DNA of 64,000 bases from an uncultured Caulobacterales bacterium (GCA_903900155.1 CAIUMD010000025.1:22458-86457), one strand, 5' to 3'; positions 1 through 10,110 are shown, counted from the first letter of the stretch. Notes: generated from the sequence alone by a model not told the origin. Made by a program: numbers and translations.

Positions 1-34
1 ACCTGCCGCCGCCGCGCCCGACCAAGGCCAAGGA

Positions 35-62
35 CCCCTCACCCGCCATGCCGGGCGAGGGG
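35..62 (-). terminator. GC-rich stem-loop 3' of the Cys/Met PLP-enzyme gene
   Basis: Imperfect inverted repeat cccctc(a)cccg / cggg(c)gagggg read directly. It lies just downstream of the minus-strand CDS ending at 79. No clear T-run. Confidence 0.4.
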
Positions 63-78
63 TCGAACCATCACCTGT

Positions 79-1254
79 TCAAGCTGCCAGTGCCGCGTCG
101 AGGTCGGAAATCAGGTCCCGGCAAGACTCAATCCCCACCGAAAGCCTGATCAGGCCATCGGAGATGCCGAGAGCCGCGCGCTGATCGGCGGGGATCGAGG
201 CGTGGGTCATGATCGCCGGATGCTCGATCAGGCTCTCGACCCCGCCCAGGCTCTCGGCCAGCGTGAACAGGCGCGTGCGCTCCAGCATCTTGCGGGCCGG
301 GGCGAGGCCGCCCTTCACGTCGGCCGAGATGATGCCGCCGAAGCCGCCGACCATCTGGCGCTTGGCCAGGTCGTGCTGGGGATGGCTCGCCAGGCCCGGA
401 TAGATCACCCGCTCGACGGCCGGATGCTGTTCCAGCCATTGGGCGATCTCCAGGGCGCTGTCGCAGGCCCGCTGCATGCGCAGGGCCAGGGTCTTGACGC
501 CACGCAGGGCCAGGAAGCTGTCGAACGGGCCCAACACCCCGCCGACGGCGTTCTGCAGGAACTTCATCCTATCGGCGACCTCGGCGTTGTCGCCGACCAC
601 CGCCACGCCGGCGACGACGTCGGAGTGACCGTTCAGGTACTTGGTCGCCGAGTGCATGACCACGTCGAAACCCAGTTCCAGCGGCCGCTGGATATAGGGA
701 CTGGCGAAGGTGTTGTCGGCGACGGTGACCAGCTTGTGCGTCTTGGCCAGGGCGGCGATGGCGGCGAGATCAGCCAGGCGCAGCATCGGGTTGGTGGGCG
801 TCTCGACCCAGATCATCCGCGTCGCTGGCGTAATGGCCGCCTCGACGGCCGCGAGATCCGCCATGTCGACGAAGCTGAAGGTCAGGCCGGCCGAGCGTTT
901 GCGCACCTTGTCGAACAGCCGGAACGAGCCGCCATAGAGGTCGTCGCTGGCGATCACGTGCGCGCCGCTGTCCAGCGTCTCCAGGATCGTCGAGGCCGCC
1001 GCCAGGCCCGAGGAGAAGGCGAAGCCCGCCGCGCCGCTCTCCAGGTCGGCGATGCAGCGCTCGAAAGCGAAGCGGGTCGGGTTGTGGCTGCGGCTGTACT
1101 CGAAGCCTTTGTGCTCGCCGGGGCTGGCCTGGGCGTAAGTGGAAGTCGCGTAGATGGGCACCATGACGGCGCCCGTGGTCGGGTCGGGATATTGGCCGCC
1201 GTGGATGGTCCGCGTGGCGAAGTCCAGGCGGTTCTTGCCGGGGATGTCGGTCAT
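79..1254 (-). CDS. Cystathionine gamma-lyase / gamma-synthase family PLP enzyme (Cys/Met metabolism)
   Basis: 391-aa ORF. The N-terminus TRTIHGG...PIYATSTY...YSRSHNPTR and the SATKYLNGHSD PLP-lysine motif are typical of the MetB/MetC/CGL family. It lies directly downstream of the CBS gene. Confidence 0.9.
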   Translation of the reverse strand: MTDIPGKNRLDFATRTIHGGQYPDPTTGAVMVPIYATSTYAQASPGEHKGFEYSRSHNPTRFAFERCIADLESGAAGFAFSSGLAAASTILETLDSGAHVIASDDLYGGSFRLFDKVRKRSAGLTFSFVDMADLAAVEAAITPATRMIWVETPTNPMLRLADLAAIAALAKTHKLVTVADNTFASPYIQRPLELGFDVVMHSATKYLNGHSDVVAGVAVVGDNAEVADRMKFLQNAVGGVLGPFDSFLALRGVKTLALRMQRACDSALEIAQWLEQHPAVERVIYPGLASHPQHDLAKRQMVGGFGGIISADVKGGLAPARKMLERTRLFTLAESLGGVESLIEHPAIMTHASIPADQRAALGISDGLIRLSVGIESCRDLISDLDAALAA

Positions 1255-1290
1255 GCGTGGTCCTGGAAAATCCTGTGGAGCCGCCCTCGG

Positions 1291-1369
1291 CCTTCGACAA
1301 GCTCAGGATGAGGGCGGCTGAGTATCATTCAACAACCTCAGCCTGAGCTTGTCGAAGGACGAGGTTGTT
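1291..1369. repeat. REP-like nested inverted repeats in the CBS-CGL intergenic region
   Basis: ccttcgacaagctcagg (1291-1307) is the exact reverse complement of cctgagcttgtcgaagg (1342-1358). A second pair, aacaacctc (1331-1339) / gaggttgtt (1361-1369), brackets the 3' arm. Confidence 0.6.
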
Positions 1370-1380
1370 GTGGCAGGGCG

Positions 1381-2790
1381 TTAAGCGCTCAGGCGCAGGT
1401 GGTTGATCAGGTCCACGCGGGTGATGACACCCAGGAACTCCTCCCCGTCGCAGACAAGGGCCACCTCGTCGCGATCGAACACCTCGGGCAGGGCGTCGAC
1501 CGGCTGGTGGGCCTGCAAGGTGTTGACCGCCCGGGTCATGGCGGCGCCGACCAGGGTCTTGAAGCGCGGGGCCTCGTCGCCCGCCTCGACCGCGGCCAGC
1601 AGGTCGCTTTCGTCCAGGATGCCGACCAGGCGGCCGCGATCGACCACCGGCAGCTGGCTGATGTCGGACGAACGCATGCGGTTGTAGGCGGTCAGCAGGG
1701 TGTCCTCGGGCCCGATGGCGATCACCCCGCCCTCGGCGTAGCGCTTGGCGATCAGGTCGCGCAGGTCGCCGTGCAGTTCGCGGCCGTCGAAGCCGTGGGC
1801 CGCCAGCCAGAAGTCGTTGAACATCTTGGTCAGGTACTTCGACCCGGTGTCGCAGACGAGGGTCACGACACGCTTCGGCTCGGTCTGCTCGCGGCAGTAT
1901 TTCAGCGCCGCGGCCAGCAGGCAGCCGGAGGACGAGCCCGCGAGAATGCCTTCCTTCTTCAGCAGCATCCGGGCGGTGTCGACGCTCTCGCGGTCGCTGA
2001 TCGAATAGGCTTTGGAGACCAGGTCCATCTGGGCGTTGTCGGGGATGAAGTCCTCGCCGATGCCCTCGACGATCCACGAGCCGGCCTCGCCGAAGGCGCC
2101 GGTCTCGACATAGTCGCGCAGGATCGAGCCTTCCGGGTCGGCCAGCACCATCTTGGTCTTCGGCGAGTTGGCCTTCATGTAGCGGCCGACGCCCGTCAGG
2201 GTGCCGCCCGAGCCGACGCCGACGACGATGGCGTCGATGTCGCCGTCCATCTGGGCCAGGATCTCGGGACCCGTCGTGGTCTCATGGGCATAGGGATTGG
2301 CCGGGTTCTCGAACTGGTTGGCGTAGAGCGCGCCGGGGATCGACTGGGCCAGGCTCTGGGCCATGTCCTGGTAGTATTCCGGATGGCCCTTGCCGACGTC
2401 GCTGCGGGTCAGGCGCACATCCACGCCCATGGCCCGCAGATGCAGGATCTTTTCCCGCGCCATCTTGTCGGGAACGATCAGGATCAGCTTGTAGCCCTTG
2501 AGGCTGGCCACCTGCGCCAGGCCCAGGCCGGTGTTGCCGGCCGTGGCCTCGATGATGGTCCCACCGGGCTTGAGCCGACCATCCGCTTCCGCGGCTTCGA
2601 TCATGGCGCGGGCGACGCGGTCCTTGATCGAGCCGCCGGGGTTCTGGTTTTCGAGCTTGAGGAACAGCCGGCACGGGCCGGTGTCGAGGTTCTTGACCTC
2701 GACCATCGGCGTGCGGCCGATCAGGTCCAGGGCAGAGCCAGCGATACCCGGTAAAGAGATTTCGGGAAGGCCGGTTTTGGGGTCGTTCAT
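1381..2790 (-). CDS. Cystathionine beta-synthase (CysK-like PLP domain plus C-terminal CBS pair)
   Basis: 469 aa. PLP-lysine motif NPGGSIKDRVA, ATAGNTGLGLA loop, and a C-terminal tandem CBS-domain region (...ISQLPVVDRGRLVGILDESDLL... / ...VALVCDGEEFLGVITRVDLINHL). Confidence 0.9.
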   Translation of the reverse strand: MNDPKTGLPEISLPGIAGSALDLIGRTPMVEVKNLDTGPCRLFLKLENQNPGGSIKDRVARAMIEAAEADGRLKPGGTIIEATAGNTGLGLAQVASLKGYKLILIVPDKMAREKILHLRAMGVDVRLTRSDVGKGHPEYYQDMAQSLAQSIPGALYANQFENPANPYAHETTTGPEILAQMDGDIDAIVVGVGSGGTLTGVGRYMKANSPKTKMVLADPEGSILRDYVETGAFGEAGSWIVEGIGEDFIPDNAQMDLVSKAYSISDRESVDTARMLLKKEGILAGSSSGCLLAAALKYCREQTEPKRVVTLVCDTGSKYLTKMFNDFWLAAHGFDGRELHGDLRDLIAKRYAEGGVIAIGPEDTLLTAYNRMRSSDISQLPVVDRGRLVGILDESDLLAAVEAGDEAPRFKTLVGAAMTRAVNTLQAHQPVDALPEVFDRDEVALVCDGEEFLGVITRVDLINHLRLSA

Positions 2791-2862
2791 GGCGCAGCTC
2801 CGCTGGCAGGTGAAACGATTTCCCCTAGGTAGGTCCGGTTCGTGGAATAAGGAAAGGGCCTC

Positions 2863-2905
2863 GGCGTGATAGCCGAAAGTGGAAGCCGGTTTCGGCTATC
2901 ACGCC
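2863..2905. repeat. Perfect 16-bp inverted repeat (REP-like hairpin)
   Basis: ggcgtgatagccgaaa (2863-2878) and tttcggctatcacgcc (2890-2905) are exact reverse complements with an 11-nt loop. Intergenic, upstream of the CBS gene. Confidence 0.7.
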
Positions 2906-2919
2906 GAAACTAAAAGACT

Positions 2920-2941
2920 GAAGCCTGCTCAGGCAGGCTTC
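2920..2941 (-). terminator. Rho-independent terminator candidate for the small ORF at 2940-3176
   Basis: 9-bp stem gaagcctgc/gcaggcttc with a 4-nt loop, followed on the minus strand by agtctttta. It overlaps the stop codon. Confidence 0.55.
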
Positions 2942-3176
2942 AGGCGGTTCCGGTTGCGACCGACCACTCGGCGGCGAACTTGCGGCTGAGGCAGACGTCC
3001 TCGAACACCACCTTGCGCAGCTGGCCCAGAAGCTCGGGCGTGTCGTGGACGATCACGAACGGAAAGTCGTTGGCCGACAGGAAGCCGTGCAGGAATCGCG
3101 AAAAGCGGTCGGCCTCTTCGGGGCCGTCCAGACGGACTTCGGTTTCGGCGCCCAATGGAGATGTCTGGGGAACCAT
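2940..3176 (-). CDS. Hypothetical small protein (78 aa from ATG; TTG alternative at 3203)
   Basis: ORF track only. GAGGG lies 8 nt upstream of the ATG at 3176 and a terminator hairpin sits at the 3' end. No family recognised. Confidence 0.4.
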   Translation of the reverse strand: MVPQTSPLGAETEVRLDGPEEADRFSRFLHGFLSANDFPFVIVHDTPELLGQLRKVVFEDVCLSRKFAAEWSVATGTA

Positions 3177-3314
3177 GAGCGTGGCCCTCTGTGAACGGAC
3201 CAAGCCTTAACGCATGAACTCGCATTTGCGAACCAGCTTCGCCAATGCGAAATAAACTGTGATCACCTATTCGCGTCCCAGGCGAGCGATTGCCCGCCCG
3301 GGAACATGCAATGC

Positions 3315-3968
3315 CTAGAGGATGGACTGACCCGTCGAGGCCCAATCCTTCAGGAACTGCTCCAAGCCCTTGTCGGTCAGCGGGTGCTTGTAGAGGTCGC
3401 TGAACACGGCCGGCGGGATGGTGACGACGTCGGCGCCGACGATCGCGGCTTCCTTGACGTGGGCGGCGTTGCGCACCGAAGCGGCCAGAATCTCGGTCTC
3501 ATAGCCGTAGTTGTCGTAGATCGCACGGATGTCGCGGATCAGGTCCATGCCGTCGAAGCCGTAGTCGTCCAGACGGCCGATGAACGGCGAGATGTAGGTC
3601 GCGCCCGCCTTGGCGGCCAGCAGGGCCTGGGTCGGCGAGAAGCACAGGGTGACGTTGGTCTTGATCTCTTCGTCGGCGAAGGCGGCGCAGGCGATCAGGC
3701 CGTCGCGGGTCAGCGGGATCTTCACGACCACGTTCGGGGCGATCTTGGCCAGCTTCTGGCCCTCGGCGATCATGGCGTCGGCCGTGGTGGCGGCCACTTC
3801 GGCGCTGATCGGGCCGGGGACGATGTCGCAGATCTCGGCGATGACCTCGAGCATCGGACGGCCCGACTTGGCGATCAGGGTCGGGTTGGTGGTGACGCCG
3901 TCGATCAGGCCGGTCGAGGCCAGGTCGGCGATGACCTTGGTGTCGGTGCTGTCGAGGAAGATCTGCAT
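3315..3968 (-). CDS. tal: Transaldolase / fructose-6-phosphate aldolase family (short type 3B)
   Basis: 217 aa. MQIFLDSTD...GVTTNPTLI... and the Schiff-base region VVVKIPLT are typical of short transaldolases. Confidence 0.9.
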
Positions 3969-4042
3969 GGTCGCTCGCGCTGGTTTGTTATGTCGGGAGT
4001 TGGCGTCGGTTTAGCCCGAGCGGCGGCGGCGCGCCAGACTCG

Positions 4043-4906
4043 TCATACCAGTCTGTCAGCGGTGCGTTCGACGGCCACGCGCCAGGGCTCGGGGGTGAAA
4101 CCGAACACGGCTTGGAGCTTGCTCGTATCCAGCGGCGTACGCGGCGGGCGCGGCGCGGGCTCGGCGAAGGCGGCCTGGGTGGTGGGCTCGAGGCGGGCCT
4201 TGGTCTGCGGATCACGATCGATCGCCGCCTTGGCGAACGCGAAGCGACTGGTCTCGCCGGCATTGGCGAAGTGGAAAAGGCCAAAGACCGGGTCGTCGGC
4301 CGAGGCGGCGGCCCAACGCGGGGCGGTCGAAACCAGGAAATCGGCCAGGGCCTCGCCGTCGGTCGGCGTGCCGAACTGGTCGGCCACCACCTTCAGCACC
4401 TCGCGCTCACGGGCCAGCTTCAGCATGAAACTGACATAACTTCGTCCATACCTGGAAAAGACCCACGAGATGCGCAGGACCACCGCCTTGGGATGGGCCA
4501 GCACCGCCTGCTCGCCGGCCCGCTTGGAGCGGCCGTAGACATTGATCGGCTTGGCTTCGTCGGTCTCCACATAGGCGTGGTCCGTCAGGCCGTCGAACAC
4601 CGCGTCGGTCGACAGATGCACGAACGGCAGGCCGCGCTCGGCGCAGGCCTTGGCCATCGCGCCCGGCGCGGTCGCATTGACCGCGAAGGCCTCGTCGGGC
4701 CGCGCCTCGGCCGGGTCGACATGGGTGAAGGCGGCGGTGTTGAGCACCAGGTCGCAGTCGGCGGCCAGGATGGCGGCGCGGATGCCTTCCGGGTTCTCCA
4801 GGTCGCAATCGGCGCGGGACAGGGCGATGACCTCGACACCCTCGCGCGCGGCGGCCTGGACGGCGGTGGCGACCTGACCGGTCTTGCCGAACTGCAGAAT
4901 CTTCAT
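4043..4906 (-). CDS. rfbD: dTDP-4-dehydrorhamnose reductase
   Basis: The internal ATG at 4906 gives MKILQFGKTGQVA... (Rossmann) and YGRSKRAGE (YxxxK). The 52-aa N-terminal extension in the ORF track overlaps gmhB and is rejected. The ATG overlaps the gmhB stop (ATGA). Confidence 0.85.
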   Translation of the reverse strand: MKILQFGKTGQVATAVQAAAREGVEVIALSRADCDLENPEGIRAAILAADCDLVLNTAAFTHVDPAEARPDEAFAVNATAPGAMAKACAERGLPFVHLSTDAVFDGLTDHAYVETDEAKPINVYGRSKRAGEQAVLAHPKAVVLRISWVFSRYGRSYVSFMLKLAREREVLKVVADQFGTPTDGEALADFLVSTAPRWAAASADDPVFGLFHFANAGETSRFAFAKAAIDRDPQTKARLEPTTQAAFAEPAPRPPRTPLDTSKLQAVFGFTPEPWRVAVERTADRLV

Positions 4907-5448
4907 TTCAGCGCGGGAACCCGATCGCCCAGCACCTGGCCGACAAAGGCCCGCAGATTGCCGCCCTTGAACAGATAGCCCGGCATGCCCGCCCGGTTGC
5001 CGGCCTCGACGTCGATATGGCGGTCGCCGATGATCACGGCCTCTTCCGGCTTCAGGTTCCACTCGGCCAGGCCGCGCAGGACCATGCCGGGATTGGGCTT
5101 GCGATCCGGATGGTCGGCGACGCGATAGGCGTCGATCACGGCCGCCTCGTGGAACGGCGAGTAGTAGAAGGCGTCGATGCGACCGCCCAGTTCGGCAAGC
5201 TGGTCCTGCATGGCGTCATGGAAGCGATCCATGGCCGCCTCGTCGAAATAGCCCCGGCCGATGCCCGACTGGTTGGTGACCACTAGGACCTTCAGCCCCG
5301 CCTTGGTCATCGCCGCCACCGCCTCGCGCGCGCCGTCGATCCAGTTCAGCTTGGCCGGATCGGAGACATAGCCGTGGTCGATGTTGAGCACGCCGTCTCG
5401 ATCGAGAAACACGGCCTTCAGGGGAGGAAGAGCAGCGGCGTCGGTCAT
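4903..5448 (-). CDS. gmhB: D,D-heptose 1,7-bisphosphate phosphatase (HAD, histidinol-phosphatase-like)
   Basis: 181 aa. HAD motif I FLDRDGVLN, VVTNQSGIGRGYF, and a C-terminal IGDRHIDVEAG. Confidence 0.85.
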   Translation of the reverse strand: MTDAAALPPLKAVFLDRDGVLNIDHGYVSDPAKLNWIDGAREAVAAMTKAGLKVLVVTNQSGIGRGYFDEAAMDRFHDAMQDQLAELGGRIDAFYYSPFHEAAVIDAYRVADHPDRKPNPGMVLRGLAEWNLKPEEAVIIGDRHIDVEAGNRAGMPGYLFKGGNLRAFVGQVLGDRVPALK

Positions 5449-5523
5449 GGCGCGAGCACTACCCTGAGCCGCCGCGAAATACCACGACCCGCGTCTTGGC
5501 CTCGTCGCTTAAGCTCCCTAGAA

Positions 5524-6693
5524 ATGCCGCCCATGACCAACGCCCTCGCCGACGCCGCCCGCCTGCGCGACCGCCTCAAGACCTGGGCGACGGAGGCGGC
5601 CTATCCGCTGTGGTGGGAAACCGGCGCGGATCACGTGAAGGGCGGCTTCTTCGAGAAGCTGGACCTGGAGGGCGCGCCCGTCGACGGCCCGCGTCGCGGC
5701 CGGGTGCTGCCGCGCCAGATCTATTCCTACGCCATCGCCGGCGAGCTGGGCTGGACCGGTCCGTGGAGGGCGGCGGTCGAGCACGGCCTCGCCTTCTATC
5801 TGGAGCGCTATCGCCGTCCCGACGGCCTGTTCCGCACCCTGGTGGGCCCGAGCGGCGAGAGCCTGGACGAGACCGCCGACCTCTATGACCAGGCCTTCGC
5901 CATGTTCGCCCTGGCGGCGGTCGCCGAGGTGCTGCCGGCCCGCGCCGAGGAGGCCAAGCAAATCGCGACTGCGGTGCGTGAAAAGCTGATCGCCGAGCGC
6001 AAACATCCGCTCGCCGGCTTCCACAACTTCAACCCGCCGACCGCGCCGCTGCAATCCAACCCCCACATGCATCTGTTCGAGGCCATGCTGGCGTGGAACG
6101 AGATCGACGGCGACCCGGCCTGGCGCGCGCTGGCGGACGAGATCGCGCAGTTGGCGCTGAGCAAGTTCATCCAGCCCGAAAGCGGCCAGCTGCGCGAATT
6201 CTTCGACCTCGACTGGAACGCCGCCCCCGGCGTCGAGGGCCGGATCTGCGAGCCGGGCCACCAGTTCGAATGGGGCTGGCTGTTGCTGCGCTGGGGCCAG
6301 CTGGCCGGCCGCGCGGACGCCACGGCCGCCGCCCTGCGCATGATCGACGACGCCGAGGCCAAGGGCGTCGACCTGGCGCGTGGCGTGGCGATCAACGCCC
6401 TGCTGGACGACTTCTCCATCCACGACAACGGCGCGCGCCTTTGGCCGCAGACCGAACGGATCAAGGCCGCCGTCCTGGCCGCCGAGATCACCGGCGAGCC
6501 CAAGTACTGGGACATGGCCGCCGCCGGCGCCGAGGGCTTGATGACCTATCTGCGCACCCCGATCTGGGGCCTGTGGCGCGACAAGTACCAGCCTGACGAA
6601 ACCTTCGTGGACGAGCCGGCCCCGGCCAGCTCGTTCTACCACATCGTGCTGTCGATCCTGGAAATGGACCGGGCCGTCAGCGCGGCTTCGTAA
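5524..6693 (+). CDS. AGE (N-acylglucosamine 2-epimerase / mannose-6-P isomerase-like) family protein
   Basis: Start moved to the ATG at 5524 (MPPMTNALAD...). Alpha/alpha-barrel-type repeats include ...EPGHQFEWGWLL.... It converges on manC with a 17-bp overlap. Confidence 0.75.
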   Translation: MPPMTNALADAARLRDRLKTWATEAAYPLWWETGADHVKGGFFEKLDLEGAPVDGPRRGRVLPRQIYSYAIAGELGWTGPWRAAVEHGLAFYLERYRRPDGLFRTLVGPSGESLDETADLYDQAFAMFALAAVAEVLPARAEEAKQIATAVREKLIAERKHPLAGFHNFNPPTAPLQSNPHMHLFEAMLAWNEIDGDPAWRALADEIAQLALSKFIQPESGQLREFFDLDWNAAPGVEGRICEPGHQFEWGWLLLRWGQLAGRADATAAALRMIDDAEAKGVDLARGVAINALLDDFSIHDNGARLWPQTERIKAAVLAAEITGEPKYWDMAAAGAEGLMTYLRTPIWGLWRDKYQPDETFVDEPAPASSFYHIVLSILEMDRAVSAAS

Positions 6694-8011
6694 GCAGAAG
6701 CGTGGCGGCCCCGATGGCCCGCGCCCGCACCTCGAACTCCAGCGGGATGATCGCGCCGGCGGCATAGGCCTCGCCGTCCATCTCCAGCACGCCTTCCAGC
6801 AGCTGCACGGTCGAGACGGGCAGGACCACGGTCTCGCCGGCCGGCGCTCGGCGCAGTTCGACGTCGAAGCCGTCGGTGCTGACCAGGGTCTCGGACCCGC
6901 CCGGCGAGGCGCTCTTGCGCGAGGCGATCGAACGGCCCTTGGCCTTGAGGCCATCGACCAGGGTCTTCACCGCCTGGCTGTCCTTGCGGTGGCAGACCAG
7001 CACCGCGTCCGGCTCGGCCACCACCACGATGTCGCTGACCCCGATCACGCCGACATAGGGCCCGGTCGAACGCACCAGGACGTTCGAGGCCTGATGCAAG
7101 TCGACATCGCCGTCGCGGGCGTTGCCGTCGTCGTCGCGGGCCGAGGCTTCCCAGATCGCGTCCCAGGCGCCCAGGTCAGACCAGGCGAAGGTCGCCGGAA
7201 CCACCGCGGCCTTGGCCGTCCGCTCCATGACCGCATAGTCCAGGCTGATCTTGGCCGCGTCGGCGAAGGCCTCGCGGTCCAGGCGGCCGATGCCGGCTTC
7301 CAGCTTCAGCTTCTCCGCGCAGGCCTTGGCGGCGGCGGCCACCGACGGCTCGAACGCCTCGAACTCGCCCAGCAGGGTCGCGGCCTTGAAGGCGAAATTG
7401 CCGCTGTTCCACAGATAGCCGTCCAGCAGATAACGCTCGGCGGTCTCCTGGTCGGGCTTCTCGACGAAGGCGGCGACCGCGCGCACCGAGCCGTCCAGCA
7501 GCGGCGCGCCGGGGCGGATGTAGCCGAAGCCCGTGGCCGGCACGGTCGGCTGCACGCCGAAGGTGACGATCAGGTCGTGCTCGGCGGCCTTGGCGGCGGT
7601 GACGGCGGCGTCTCGGAACACTTCGGGGTCGGCCACGTGATGGTCGGCGGCCAGCATCAGCACCACGCCATTAGGATCCAGCGTCTGGACATAGGCGGCG
7701 GCCGCGGCGACGGCCGGGGCGCTGTCGCGGGCCTCGGGCTCGACCAGAATCGTCGCCCAGGTCTCGATCTGCGCGGTCTGCTCGGAAACGAAGCCGACCA
7801 TGGCCTCGCCGGTGACGATGACGATCTCGGCGACGCCCGGGATGTCCTTCACCCGCAGCACGGTTTCCTGGAACGACGAGCGGTCACCGACCAGCTTCAG
7901 GAATTGCTTGGGCTGGTCGCTGCGCGAGGCGGGCCACAGGCGCGTGCCCGAGCCGCCGCAAAGGATAACCGGATAGATCGAAGCCAAGAGCAACCCCAGA
8001 CTGACAAGCAC
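6677..8011 (-). CDS. manC: Mannose-1-phosphate guanylyltransferase (GDP-mannose pyrophosphorylase) with C-terminal cupin-like domain
   Basis: Pyrophosphorylase signature PVILCGGSGTRLWPASR. 444 aa. GTG start at 8011; the start is uncertain. Confidence 0.85.
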   Translation of the reverse strand: MLVSLGLLLASIYPVILCGGSGTRLWPASRSDQPKQFLKLVGDRSSFQETVLRVKDIPGVAEIVIVTGEAMVGFVSEQTAQIETWATILVEPEARDSAPAVAAAAAYVQTLDPNGVVLMLAADHHVADPEVFRDAAVTAAKAAEHDLIVTFGVQPTVPATGFGYIRPGAPLLDGSVRAVAAFVEKPDQETAERYLLDGYLWNSGNFAFKAATLLGEFEAFEPSVAAAAKACAEKLKLEAGIGRLDREAFADAAKISLDYAVMERTAKAAVVPATFAWSDLGAWDAIWEASARDDDGNARDGDVDLHQASNVLVRSTGPYVGVIGVSDIVVVAEPDAVLVCHRKDSQAVKTLVDGLKAKGRSIASRKSASPGGSETLVSTDGFDVELRRAPAGETVVLPVSTVQLLEGVLEMDGEAYAAGAIIPLEFEVRARAIGAATLLLTKPR

Positions 8012-8073
8012 CCCTGCTTGGGCGTGGGGATATCGCGAAGCAGGCGCGAGGCGAAGAGCTTATTGCCCCCTCC

Positions 8074-10110
8074 TTAGTTGGGGACGTTCGCCTTCAGTTC
8101 GGCCAGCCACGTATCGGCCGTGGCGTCCGACGGCATCCGCCAGTCGCCGCGCGGCGACAGCGCCCCGCCCGACGAGATCTTGGGCCCGTTCGGCACGGCC
8201 GAGCGCTTGAACTGGTTGGCGAAGAACCGCTTGAGGAACAGCTCCAGCCACTTGCGGATCTCGGCCAGGTCGTAGGCGCGGCGGCCGCTGCCCGGCAGAC
8301 CGACCGGCCAGCCGCCCGCCTCCGCGTCATGCCAGGCGCTCCAGGCCAGGAAGGCGATCTTGGACGGCGCCATGCCGTAGCGGGTCATGTAGAAGAGGTT
8401 GAAGTCCTGCAGAGCGTAGGGCCCGACGAAGCTCTCGGTGGCCTGGGTCTGCTCGCCCGGCACCAGCTCCGGCGAGATCTCGGTGGCCAGGATGTCCTCC
8501 AGCAGCGCCGTCGTGGCCGCATCGACATCGCCCGAATGGGCCACGAAGCGGATCAGGTGCTGGATCAGCGTCTTGGGCGCCCCGCAATTGGGGTTGTAGT
8601 GGCTCATATGGTCGCCGACGCCATAGGTGCACCAGCCCAAGGCCAGCTCCGACAGGTCGCCGGTGCCCACGACCAGCGCGCCATTGTGGTTGGCCAGCCG
8701 GAACAGATAGTCCGTCCGCAGGCCCGCCTGCACGTTCTCGAAGGTCACGTCATAGACCGGCTCGCCGCGCCCGAACGGGTGGTCCAGGTCCTTCAGCATC
8801 TGGGTCGCGGCCGGACGGATGTCGAGCTCGGCGGCGGCTGCGCCCATGGCCCGCATCAGGGCCCAGGCGTTGTCCTTGGTGCGGTCGGAAGTGGCGAAGC
8901 CCGGCAGGGTGTAGGCCAGGATGTTGGTCCGCGGCAGGGCCAGCTGGTCCATCGCCTTGGCCGCCACCAGCAGGGCCTGGGTCGAGTCGAGCCCGCCCGA
9001 AATGCCGATCACCAGCTTCTTCAGGCCCGAAGCCTCAAGCCGCCGCGCCAGGCCCTGGACCTGGATGTTGTAGGCCTCGTAGCAGTTCTCGCGCAGCTTG
9101 GCGGGATCCGACGGCGTGAACGGGAAACGCTCGATCGGCCGGTGCAGGGCCAGGTCGCCGGCCGGCGCTTCGAACCCGAACGGGACCACACGGAACGGGA
9201 CCTTGGGCGGCGACAGCGCCATGGCGTCGCCGAAGCTGCCGACTCGCATGCGCTCCTGGCGGATCCGCTCGACGTCGATGTCGGCGAAGGTCCAGGCCGG
9301 ACCGGTCGAGAAACGCGGGCTCTCGGCCAACAGGGCGCCCATCTCGTGGATGTCGACATGGCCGTCCCAGGCGAGATCCGTCGAGCTCTCGCCCGCGCCG
9401 GCGGCGGCATAGACATAGGCCGCAACCATCCGCGACGACTGGCTGGCGCACAGCATCCGGCGGGTCTCGGACTTGCCGATGGTGATGTTGCTGGCCGACA
9501 GGTTCAGCAGGATCTCGGCCCCGGCCATGGCCTGGGCGGTGCTGGGCGGGGTGGGCGTCCAGACGTCCTCGCAGATCTCGACGCCGACGGTGAAGGGCGT
9601 GGGCGCGTCGGCCTTGAACAGCACGTCCGTTCCGAACGGGACGCTCTGGCCGGCCAGGGTCAGGGTCCTGCCCGTGACGCCCGCGCCGGGCGTGAACCAG
9701 CGGCGCTCGTAGAACTCGCGGTAGTTGGGCAGGAAGCTCTTGGGCGTGACGCCCAGCACCTTGCCGGCATGGATGGCCACGGCGGTGTTGTAGAGCCGGC
9801 CGCCGTCACGCAGCGGCGCGCCAACCACGATCATCGGGGCCAGCTTGGCGCTTTCCTCGACCAAGGTCGTGATCGCCGCCTCGACGGCGTCCAGCAAGGC
9901 TTCCTGCTGCAGCAGGTCGTCGATCGTGTAGCCGGTCAGGCCCAGCTCCGGGAACACGATCACCGCCACGCCGGCCTCGTGCGCCTCGCGGGCCAGGGCC
10001 AGGACGCTCTGGGCATTCGCCGCCGGATCGGCCAGCTTCACCTTAGGGACAGCGGTCGCCACGCGGACGAAACCATGGCGGTAGGGCGAGAAGAACGACG
10101 GACTACCCAA
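8074..10110 (-). CDS. nadE: Glutamine-dependent NAD+ synthetase (large form)
   Basis: 678 aa. N-terminal CN-hydrolase domain (YRHGFVRVA..., VEICED) plus a C-terminal ATP-PPase motif [12 protein letters not shown] start. Confidence 0.9.
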   Translation of the reverse strand: MGSPSFFSPYRHGFVRVATAVPKVKLADPAANAQSVLALAREAHEAGVAVIVFPELGLTGYTIDDLLQQEALLDAVEAAITTLVEESAKLAPMIVVGAPLRDGGRLYNTAVAIHAGKVLGVTPKSFLPNYREFYERRWFTPGAGVTGRTLTLAGQSVPFGTDVLFKADAPTPFTVGVEICEDVWTPTPPSTAQAMAGAEILLNLSASNITIGKSETRRMLCASQSSRMVAAYVYAAAGAGESSTDLAWDGHVDIHEMGALLAESPRFSTGPAWTFADIDVERIRQERMRVGSFGDAMALSPPKVPFRVVPFGFEAPAGDLALHRPIERFPFTPSDPAKLRENCYEAYNIQVQGLARRLEASGLKKLVIGISGGLDSTQALLVAAKAMDQLALPRTNILAYTLPGFATSDRTKDNAWALMRAMGAAAAELDIRPAATQMLKDLDHPFGRGEPVYDVTFENVQAGLRTDYLFRLANHNGALVVGTGDLSELALGWCTYGVGDHMSHYNPNCGAPKTLIQHLIRFVAHSGDVDAATTALLEDILATEISPELVPGEQTQATESFVGPYALQDFNLFYMTRYGMAPSKIAFLAWSAWHDAEAGGWPVGLPGSGRRAYDLAEIRKWLELFLKRFFANQFKRSAVPNGPKISSGGALSPRGDWRMPSDATADTWLAELKANVPN

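Noticed and set aside
2791-2939. SAM-II or other sulfur-metabolism riboswitch upstream of the CBS gene
   Set aside because: The region is explained by a terminator for the upstream small ORF and a perfect REP-like hairpin. No SAM-II-type pseudoknot consensus was recognisable.
5518-6954. 478-aa minus-strand ORF antisense to the AGE-family gene. The same applies to 35637-37481, 38000-39760, 8329-10143, 10269-12245 and 54414-56042.
   Set aside because: All are antisense or out-of-frame shadows of genes with clear homology patterns. None shows catalytic or structural motifs.
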